DNA from: Actinomycetota bacterium
Lineage (GTDB): Bacteria > Actinomycetota > Acidimicrobiia > Acidimicrobiales > Ilumatobacteraceae
Reading direction: 5' to 3'
DNA length: 60,788 nt
Assembly (NCBI GenBank): GCA_043747765.1
Contig: JAYTOM010000112.1
Coordinates: 1-60,788 of the forward strand
Position 1 is the first letter of the stretch. Every line of letters starts with the position of its first letter. Shown in pieces: positions 54,158-60,788 of the stretch. The notes under the pieces were generated by a model. That model did not search any database and was not told the origin of the DNA. It was given only the letters and a program-made list of their open reading frames with translations. The translations under genes and the position numbers were made by a program.

Positions 54158-54660
54158 GCCTTTACGGGCTGACGCCGGACCAACGTCATGCGTAGGAACG
54201 CCGCGCCAGCCAACAATGCGATCAGGCCGAGGCCCAAGATGCCGCCAACTGCCGCGCCGGTAGCGGGCAGACCGCCGTTCTCTCGGATCGTGATCGGGCT
54301 GGCGACCACGTGGGCGCCGTTCGACGCATCGTTGCCAAGCGCGACGACGGTGTGCGCACCGACCAGCAGCGGGACCGTGGCAGTCGCTTTAGCGACACCG
54401 GAGCTGTCGGCGACGACGGCCGCCAGGACAGTCGGATCCGAGTACAGCGTGAACGTCACGTTCGCTGACGGGGCGAAACCTGCCGCTTGCATGCTGAGAA
54501 GAGATCCGCTTGCGACCGACGCAGACGCGCCGCCATTGACCACCATCGCTGCGTCCACAGTCGTTGGCTTCACAGACGGCGGGACCGGGGCGGCCGAATC
54601 AGGTGCGCAGATGAACAACGCCGTAGCAAAACAGATGCCAGCGAGTGGTTTGGTGTACAT
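54154..54660 (-). CDS. secreted surface protein with an LPXTG-type sorting signal
   Basis: ATG 54660 follows a GAGAAGGA RBS, with signal peptide MYTKPLAGICFATALFICAPDSAA. The C-terminus has LPATG, a hydrophobic stretch and RRQ. GTGA overlap with the GT2 start. Confidence 0.65.
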   Translation of the reverse strand: MYTKPLAGICFATALFICAPDSAAPVPPSVKPTTVDAAMVVNGGASASVASGSLLSMQAAGFAPSANVTFTLYSDPTVLAAVVADSSGVAKATATVPLLVGAHTVVALGNDASNGAHVVASPITIRENGGLPATGAAVGGILGLGLIALLAGAAFLRMTLVRRQPVKA

Positions 54661-54931
54661 GAGATCCTTCTCTTCAAGGAGAACTGAGCGACGATACAAC
54701 GCCTCTCATGCAAAAGCAACGTGGAGTGGTCTATCCGTCACGCAAAGTCCTATAGCGCCCGACGGATCGCCGACCGCCGTCCTGCGAAGTGGTTGGAAGA
54801 TGCTGCCGTCGGTGTCGTCGGCTGGCCCGCGTCTGCATTGGTGTGTCGCTCTTGTCTGGAGCGTTGCTAATGCCGAGAGCAATGGCCGTGCTAGCGAGAT
54901 GGTGGGGCAAGTAGCCCACAGACCACAAACC

Positions 54932-55189
54932 ATGGCGTTCCTGTATGGATCTACACTTGGCTTTGGACCAAACAAGCGAAGGCAGCTAGAAGGCACGAAT
55001 GAGGGCGCATTCGTGAACGGTTTAAGCGTTCAGCTCCAACGGTCAGCCGCAGCATTACAGGTCACGCCTGAGCCGCCTGCGGACTCTGATCTAGTCGGAC
55101 AGCTTGAACGGCTCGCCGCTCTTCATTATTCAGGCGTACTCTCGGACGAGGAACTTCGCGCGGCGAAGCAGCAACTACTCGGACCGTGA
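54932..55189 (+). CDS. small SHOCT-domain protein
   Basis: The C-terminal ..LVGQLERLAALHYSGVLSDEELRAAKQQLLG fits the SHOCT pattern. The start is uncertain. The rest of track ORF 54188.. is antisense to the LPXTG gene. Confidence 0.4.
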   Translation: MAFLYGSTLGFGPNKRRQLEGTNEGAFVNGLSVQLQRSAAALQVTPEPPADSDLVGQLERLAALHYSGVLSDEELRAAKQQLLGP

Positions 55190-55538
55190 CCTGGCGAACG
55201 TGGGGCAACGGGCTCGACTCTCGCTTATCGGAACCACGCGACCAACTTTCCGACTAGGTAGATCAGCGGAGTGGCGATGGTGGCCACTTCCGCGAGCTTG
55301 GAAATGAGACGTTTGTTGGAATCGCGCTGAGGTTTCACTGCCTGTTCTATCGGTGGTGGCCGCGCACGACATGAGACTTTGCTCCTACAACTCCAAAGTA
55401 GATCGGCATCTCGACGTCTGATCTAAAGTCTGTGTGACAAAAGTCACTGTTTGGACTGACTGCGCGAAGTCATCTGACCAATTGCGAGCGGAGCGTTCCG
55501 AACGCCACACCACGACGGGCTGCATGCGAAACTTCACT

Positions 55539-56084
55539 ATGGAACTCGATGACCAACTTTCGTGGCTAATTGGTCGCGTGGTGCGCGTGGGCGCTCTGGC
55601 CGAGATGGAGGCTCGTCGTGTCCAGTTGGCGTTGCTGGGTGACAGTCTGGCGGCGTTTATGCCACACACAATGCATATGAATGCCACTCTCGGTTCGATC
55701 GAGGCGATGGTGAAACACGCAGATCTTGACCCCGACCGACTCTCACTCGCCTTACGAGTTGTCGTTGATTCGAGGACCGCTAATTCCGAGCGCAACAGGT
55801 GCGTGCATGACATCTGGTACCCGAACTCAGACGTGGAGGCTGATTCGTGGATTCGCCTTCGCTGGCAGAAGGCGTTCGATTTGAACGACGAGCCCCCTGC
55901 CGTGAAGCCGCTGGTGAGCAGGGCGGAACTTGGACGGACAGTTGAAGACCTTGATAGCGCTGGTTACAAACTGAACTGCCTGATGCGTTGCCTCGTAGCC
56001 ACGCTGCCGAGTTGGGCGGCTGCTCGGCCCGAGCCGTTCGACTACGCAGCGCCATGGACTGAGTTGGCGCTGGCGTTCGACTGA
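55539..56084 (+). CDS. hypothetical helical protein with an R-N-x3-H (HEPN-like) motif
   Basis: ..ANSE-RNRCVH-DIW.. lies at codons 55791..55808. Alternative starts are ATG 55524 and GTG 55434. The sequence is lower-GC cargo DNA. Confidence 0.4.
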   Translation: MELDDQLSWLIGRVVRVGALAEMEARRVQLALLGDSLAAFMPHTMHMNATLGSIEAMVKHADLDPDRLSLALRVVVDSRTANSERNRCVHDIWYPNSDVEADSWIRLRWQKAFDLNDEPPAVKPLVSRAELGRTVEDLDSAGYKLNCLMRCLVATLPSWAAARPEPFDYAAPWTELALAFD

Positions 56085-56249
56085 ATGTCTGTCGAGGGTG
56101 GTGCCGGGCCACTTTCGGTCAAACCTGCTACGAATGACACGCTAACTCTTGCAAGCACTGGGGGTTTATATCCCTACGGCGAGGCCTTCTGAATGTTCTT
56201 TGGCGGATCTCGGGGCGCGTGTTCGAAACCTTGCGCCACAATCAAGCCC

Positions 56250-57137
56250 ATGGATCCAATAACAATCGCAGCAGCCGCAAAGGTTGCATCTTCGGTGGAC
56301 AAGTCCGACGGCCTTCTGAAGCGTGTGCTGGGGCCACCCGCCGATGCTTTGGGCGTAGCCCTGGGCCGCTTCGTGGAGGCACGCACTCAGAACGTCGGGC
56401 GAATTCTGGAGAATGCGGACACCAAGTTGGGTGCTAGAGGCGATCGCCCCGAGAAGGTTCCAATGCGCATTGCGGGGCTCTTGATGGAGGATTGCAGCTA
56501 CTGCGACGAACCGATAATGGTCGAGTACATCGGCGGAGTGCTGGCCTCATCCCGTTCTGGAGTATCCAGGGACGATCGAGGGGCGAAGTGGATGAAGCTC
56601 GTCCTGCAACTCTCCACCTACGAACTTCGTGCTCATTACATCGCGTATCAGGCAACTCAGCTCGCGCTCCGCGAACGCAACGCTCGTCGCAACTGGACGG
56701 ATGTCAATGATGCGGCGGCGTTTGGCCCAATGTGCATCCCCTACAAAGATTTCATGTCAGCAATGGACTTCGTATTAGGCGAGCCGCAGGACGAGATAGT
56801 CTCGGAAACAGTATTCGGGCTCTCCAGGGCCGGCCTGCTCGACCAGTTCTCGTTGTTCACACCGCTCACCTTTGAAGTGGTTCATCAGCGTCAGTCCCAC
56901 CCAACGGGGATGTTGACGTTCATGCCCACTGTTCCGGGCATACACCTATTCCTGTACGCCTTGGGAATGGGCGACCTTCCGATCAGCGCGTTCGACGATC
57001 CCGAGGTGAATGTGCCGGGGCTGGAGGGGGTGGCGTGCAATCCAGCCACTCTGTTCGTGGACGTTGCTCCCTTCACCAGCGAGCAAATGTCAGAGCGAGC
57101 GCAGAGGGCCGTCTCTGATGCCCTGAATCACCCTTAG
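56250..57137 (+). CDS. Abi-alpha/DUF4393-like protein
   Basis: MDPITIAAAAKV..LLKRVLGPPADALGVAL..RTQNVGRILENA..VPMRIAGLLMEDCSYCDEPIMVEYIGGVLASS..LQLSTYELRAHYIAY matches the family pattern from memory. Confidence 0.55.
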   Translation: MDPITIAAAAKVASSVDKSDGLLKRVLGPPADALGVALGRFVEARTQNVGRILENADTKLGARGDRPEKVPMRIAGLLMEDCSYCDEPIMVEYIGGVLASSRSGVSRDDRGAKWMKLVLQLSTYELRAHYIAYQATQLALRERNARRNWTDVNDAAAFGPMCIPYKDFMSAMDFVLGEPQDEIVSETVFGLSRAGLLDQFSLFTPLTFEVVHQRQSHPTGMLTFMPTVPGIHLFLYALGMGDLPISAFDDPEVNVPGLEGVACNPATLFVDVAPFTSEQMSERAQRAVSDALNHP

Positions 57138-57199
57138 GTTTCTGGTGCTTCCCAAACCGCTCCGGACAGCTTTCATCATCTTCGATCATCAGCGGCAGT

Positions 57200-57533
57200 T
57201 GACGACCCGTCTGATCCCATTCGCACGATGGTTCGTCAGATCCTCGGAGCCGTGAACGAGTACGCGCGTCGGGACGCGATGCTCAAGATGCATTCGGGTC
57301 GGAAGGCGATTCGACGTGCCGATCCTGCTCGTTACATAGGAGGCATCGTGCCAGCTGGGTGCGTCGTGATTGATGGCCGGCCAACCGCAACCAGCGACTT
57401 CATCGAGCAGGTCTCTGCCATTCGTGAAGGGGTTGCGGCTGGAATGTCAGCGAACGCTGTAGCGAAGGAGCTGGGTATGCATCCGCAGCAGATTAGCCGC
57501 CGACTTGCGACCGCAGCGCGTGTTGGGATCTGA
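57200..57533 (+). pseudogene. 5'-truncated paralogue of the serine recombinase gene (C-terminal 110 codons only)
   Basis: About 90% identical to 51066..51398, in direct orientation. Homology starts abruptly at GACGACCCGTCTGA. No catalytic domain lies upstream. Confidence 0.8.
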
Positions 57534-57680
57534 ATCCGAAGAACACGACGATGTTTGCTTACTAGGGCTCACCGGGCCAAAGCCCGACCACCGGGGATCG
57601 GGGCCGAGGACTTCGACACCGACCGATAGAGGAATGCCGACCAGACCCCCGACCGTAGTCGTTTCCAGACCTCCACCACG

Positions 57681-58241
57681 GTGGGCGGTAACGTCCGTGG
57701 CGTGGGACCACAGCTTGCGTCGATTGGAACACTCGCTTGGGTCGGTGTTGGTCTTCAGTTGATGGGTGGTGCCATCACGATCTTCGGCTTCAACCAGACC
57801 ATGAAAGAGATGATGCCTGGCTCAAACGGACTACCGATCATCAGCCACATCGTGAAGAGCGCTCGATGGGCGATGCGGAAGATGGGCCGCAAACCTCCGA
57901 CGCAGTTTCTCGGAACGGGCTCCATGCACCTGGGCCTAACGACGATGAGTGCCCACGCAGTCGTCACCGCTGGGCCTGATTGCACGATCGAGCACAGGTT
58001 GGAAATCTTGGAGCAAAGCATCGCGGCCGTACACGCGAGGGTGGGCGCACAAGAGATCAATGCAAGGAACGAAGTCGCCAAGGTCGACGCACGCGTGGAC
58101 GAAGTGCAGCGTCAGATTGGCCAGCTCGATCAGCAAATGAAACAGCGAATCGTCGGTGGCCCGAAGGGTGGGGGACTCCAGATCGCGGCTAGTGGCGTGG
58201 CACTCGCCATGATCGGAACATTGCTCAGCGCTATCGGTTGA
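57681..58241 (+). CDS. hypothetical membrane protein: TM - coiled coil - TM
   Basis: There is an N-terminal hydrophobic helix, a heptad-like middle (..EILEQSIAAVHARVGAQEINARNEVAKVDARVDEVQRQIGQLDQQMK..) and a C-terminal hydrophobic helix. GTG start. Confidence 0.4.
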   Translation: MGGNVRGVGPQLASIGTLAWVGVGLQLMGGAITIFGFNQTMKEMMPGSNGLPIISHIVKSARWAMRKMGRKPPTQFLGTGSMHLGLTTMSAHAVVTAGPDCTIEHRLEILEQSIAAVHARVGAQEINARNEVAKVDARVDEVQRQIGQLDQQMKQRIVGGPKGGGLQIAASGVALAMIGTLLSAIG

Positions 58242-58365
58242 GTGGGCTGATTTCGTGGGACGCTGTGGGACGAAACCTCGCAACAGGCCACACATGAGGC
58301 ATGTCGAGAATCGTCTGAGCTGGGACTATGTGTCGAGAGTAGTCACGACATGACCACTGAAGCCT

Positions 58366-58409
58366 GTTCACACCGTAGAGGTCATCGGTTCGAGACCGGT
58401 ATCGCCCAC
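58366..58409 (+). repeat. attR of island 1 / attL of the remnant: 44-bp tRNA-Val 3' segment (copy 2, 44/44)
   Basis: Exact direct repeat of 45315..45358. Confidence 0.9.
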
Positions 58410-58693
58410 CAGGTCAGCCGTAGTAAACGGTTGACTGTTAGGTCAGCCGGAGACGCCCGTGAGACGTTTCTTCGTGCGTTCGTTGTGCCGTGCCGGCGGA
58501 GACGCGTGCGTGGACGTGTTTGCAGTCGGGTGCGATCGCCTCCGACGACGACGCACACGCAGCAAGCTGGCGGGCGTATGTTCCCAGGAACACAATTGGC
58601 AGATGTGCTGCCCGTTGTGTTCCTGGGGAAACTCGCCGAGCAGACCACTTGAATTGTGCTGAGCCCCGTCGGTGGTCGGAGTGCGATTTCGCG

Positions 58694-58924
58694 ATGACGT
58701 TCACTCGGATCACGGTCGATGCGGTGCGCATGGGTGGCTTGCCGTGTGTTCGTGACCTTCGGTTTCCCGTTGCGTCAGTGGTCGCGATGGTCGCTCACCG
58801 AATGACCGTCGATGAGATCCTCGATGAGCATGCAGATCTCGAGGCTGAAGATGTGGCTGAGTGCCTGCCGTACGCAGCGCTTGCCGTGCAAGAACGCGAG
58901 CTGCCGCTGCGCCAGCCGGCGTGA
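58694..58924 (+). CDS. DUF433-family antitoxin-like protein
   Basis: ..ITVDAVRMGGLPCVRDLRFPVASVVAMV..MTVDEILDEHADLEAEDVAECLPYA.. is the DUF433 pattern. Confidence 0.7.
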   Translation: MTFTRITVDAVRMGGLPCVRDLRFPVASVVAMVAHRMTVDEILDEHADLEAEDVAECLPYAALAVQERELPLRQPA

Positions 58925-59193
58925 GGTTTCTGATCGACCAGAACCAGTCGCCGTTGCTCGTCGAACTGATCGCAGTTCATGGTCACGATGTCGCCCATGC
59001 CCGCGATCGTGGCCGGTCCGGAGCGCCGGACCGCCACGTTCTGGAAGTGGCGATCGACCGGAGCAGCATCGTTGGCGTTTCCTCTGTCATCGGATCTTGG
59101 TCCGCTGGACTTACAGCAGGAGGACGAATCGTGTGTACGGTCGGTCTTCCGGAGGATAGCTCTCGTTGGCCTCGGGGAACACGGATCGGCTGA
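58921..59193 (+). CDS. DUF5615 (PIN-like, Mut7-C type) toxin-like protein, possibly degenerate
   Basis: GTGA overlap with the DUF433 gene. The N-terminal VRFLIDQNQSPLLVELI..GHDVAHARD.G..GAPDRHVLE fits DUF5615. The C-terminal half lacks the usual DxDF block. Confidence 0.5.
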   Translation: MRFLIDQNQSPLLVELIAVHGHDVAHARDRGRSGAPDRHVLEVAIDRSSIVGVSSVIGSWSAGLTAGGRIVCTVGLPEDSSRWPRGTRIG

Positions 59194-59590
59194 AGGCGAT
59201 CGACGCAAGATTGGTTGGGTAGACGAGCCAGTGGACGTAGCGGACATCATTCCGTTGCATGTCTGCGATGACGGACTCGGCGAGCGTGCTCGCGATGCCG
59301 TCTCGGCGATGGTCGTGTCGAACGGCGACGACCATCAGGTAGCGCTCGGCGGGTATTGGCCCGTGTTGGTCGTCTTCGCCGAGTTCGTGCGCAGCGACGG
59401 CCACGACCTCGCCCCTGATGTCAGCGACGACGACCCGTCGATCGAGGTCTGCTCGGGTCTCGTCGTCGCGCCATGCAATGAGGCCGGACAGGATCTCAGA
59501 GATCTCGCTGAGCCAGATCGTGGGTTGTGGCCCGAGGTCGAAGTCCTGGAGCGCCAGTTCGTCACTGCGCGCGGCGTCACGGAGGATCAC
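59111..59590 (-). CDS. GNAT family acetyltransferase (toxin candidate)
   Basis: GTG 59590 forms a GTGA overlap with the XRE gene stop. ..YLMVVAVRHDHRRDGIASTLAESVIADM.. is GNAT motif A-like. Confidence 0.6.
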   Translation of the reverse strand: MILRDAARSDELALQDFDLGPQPTIWLSEISEILSGLIAWRDDETRADLDRRVVVADIRGEVVAVAAHELGEDDQHGPIPAERYLMVVAVRHDHRRDGIASTLAESVIADMQRNDVRYVHWLVYPTNLASIAFSRSVFPEANESYPPEDRPYTRFVLLL

Positions 59591-59910
59591 CGCTCGGCGT
59601 CGCCGATCTCGAGGACCTTGCCGCGAGGTATCCACTTCTTCGGGGCGCCCGTCGGCGTTGCAGTCGTGGTCTTGCGGCCGTTGGACAGGCTGCGCTGGGG
59701 GAGTGAGGCTGGATCGGCGAGTGCTGCGGAAAGTCGCTGGATGGTCGACCAGCGGGCATCCAGCCGGCCGTTCTCGATGCGCGAGATGTCGGCTTGGGGC
59801 ACGCCGGTCCGCTTCGACAGCTCTGCTTGCGTCCAGCCAAGTTCGGCTCGGCGTTCACGGATCGAGTCACCTGGGTGTGAGAGTTCAGCGAGTGTCGACC
59901 AGGAAGTCAT
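59587..59910 (-). CDS. XRE-family helix-turn-helix protein (antitoxin candidate)
   Basis: ..IRERRAELGWTQAELSKRTGVPQADISRIENGR.. is present. The ORF was trimmed to ATG 59910. Confidence 0.75.
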   Translation of the reverse strand: MTSWSTLAELSHPGDSIRERRAELGWTQAELSKRTGVPQADISRIENGRLDARWSTIQRLSAALADPASLPQRSLSNGRKTTTATPTGAPKKWIPRGKVLEIGDAER

Positions 59911-60108
59911 GCCGCAAGTGTATGTGGGAAAACACATAGTCTCAAGTGTGTTTCGCCGAGAATGCCTCAGATACCTTCACAACGTCCCGTGAGACGCTCG
60001 TGAGACGTTTTGCGACAACAGGCCACGATTCGGCTGTGTCGGCTGTGTCGGCTGTCGTCGCGAGTGGTCCTGACCTGCGGTTTGTTGTTTTCTGCAGCGC
60101 CTGGATCT

Positions 60109-60152
60109 GGTTCACACCGTAGAGGCCATCGGTTCGAGACCGGTATCGCCCA
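60109..60152 (+). repeat. distal att: 44-bp tRNA-Val 3' segment (copy 3, 43/44; T to C at 60125)
   Basis: Direct repeat of 45315..45358 with one mismatch. Confidence 0.88.
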
Positions 60153-60363
60153 CCGAATAAGACCTGCTCAGCGGTATTGCATTCAAAATTGTCGGAGTTG
60201 AGATCTCCGCCAGGTGCACACCAGGTGCACAGGATTTTCTGGCACTATGCATCACCAGGTGGACAAATTGAGCTTCAGGCGGACCCAGACGGCCGGGCTG
60301 GACTGAGGTCGCCAGTGGAGGAACCGGCCGCCGACCGTTTGGCAGCCGATGTTGACCGAACAC

Positions 60364-60788
60364 TTAACCTCGATCCACCGATTGGGTTTGGGTGTTGGTC
60401 GTGGTGGGGCGAACGGGGTCGGGTTGGTGGTGTGGGGGCTGAGGGTGGGTCAGCGGGTTCGTAGAGGCTTGTGGTGGACGTGGCGAGGCGGGTGTGGTGC
60501 GATCGCGGGTTGTCAGCGCTGGGGGTGGTGTGCGGTGCGCCTGGCCGCGATGGCTGTTTCGGCCGGTCGCTGGTTGCAGGGCGCGTAGTGCCTCAAGCGC
60601 TGTGGTGAAGGACTTCGCCCAGGGCCAGTCGGTCGGCAATGCGCAGGGTTGGTCGTCCGGCGCGGTTGACGAGACGGCCGGGGATCGTCAGGAGTCGGGT
60701 GCGGATCGTGCGGTGGCGACGAGTTGGTTGTCGACACGGACGCGCCCAATGGTCGCTGTCCAGCGGATCATGTTGTGAGCGTGGACAG
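60364..60788 (-). pseudogene. IS1380-like transposase C-terminal fragment, frameshifted; continues beyond the window end
   Basis: One frame reads ..RTIRTRLLTIPGRLVNRAGRPTLRI.. The next frame continues LPTDWPWAKSFTTALEALRALQP.. The switch is near 60636..60646. The family call is from motif memory. Confidence 0.45.

Larger units (their letters stand above)
45359..58409. mobile_element. ~13-kb tRNA-Val-integrated genomic island (integrase-proximal element)
   Basis: The island is bounded by the intact tRNA and an exact 44-bp direct repeat. The integrase and excisionase sit at the tRNA-proximal end. Cargo DNA has patchy lower GC. Confidence 0.85.
58410..60152. mobile_element. 1.7-kb integrase-less island remnant carrying two TA-like pairs
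   Basis: It is bounded by att copies 2 and 3. GTGAGACG motif pairs occur near both ends. Confidence 0.7.

Noticed and set aside
54188-54931. The upstream two-thirds of the 333-aa plus-strand ORF 54188..55189.
   Set aside because: It is antisense to the LPXTG protein gene and has Ala/Pro/Thr-rich antisense-type composition. Only the C-terminal SHOCT-like part, downstream of that gene, was kept, at low confidence.

Overview
This is a 60.8-kb window of high-GC, Actinomycetota-like chromosome. Coding is dense, with many GTG starts, many ATGA/GTGA/TGATG start-stop overlaps and several very short divergent spacers.

Bases 1-45.2 kb are chromosomal metabolism:
- a partial DUF2142-like membrane protein, mitochondrial-type aconitase, and a leaderless-looking VOC + HutC/GntR pair
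- a ComB-like phosphatase, a nitroreductase, a methyltransferase and a crotonase
- gltBD and a LysM lipoprotein
- a TetR-flanked four-gene lipid operon: fatty acyl-CoA reductase::HAD fusion, Zn-ADH, LarA-like protein and PlsC-like acyltransferase
- divergent ddl/murF and an MFS transporter
- an Arn-like lipid-linked aminosugar module: SDR, DegT aminotransferase, GT2 and a polytopic membrane protein
- a P450 and a GNAT
- a large polyamine uptake/catabolism cluster: ald, aldehyde DH, a DUF1345 gene interrupted by an in-frame TAG, a class-III aminotransferase, potADBC-like genes, a flavin amine oxidase and a 2-hydroxyacid DH
- a J-domain protein

At 45285 a tRNA-Val(CAC) is followed by two tandem integrated elements. 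They are delimited by three copies of the 44-bp tRNA 3' segment.
- The first is a ~13-kb island. It carries a tyrosine integrase, an excisionase, recombinase relics and a miniature RT-like ORF in ORF-poor, lower-GC DNA. It also carries a collagen-like/YVTN beta-propeller secreted protein, a serine recombinase, an LPXTG-GT2-WecB operon, a SHOCT protein and a HEPN-like + Abi-alpha pair.
- The second is a 1.7-kb integrase-less remnant with two type II TA-like pairs.

The window ends in a frameshifted IS1380-like transposase fragment. No rRNA gene or CRISPR array was seen. All family calls come from reading the translations and from motif memory; no searches were run.
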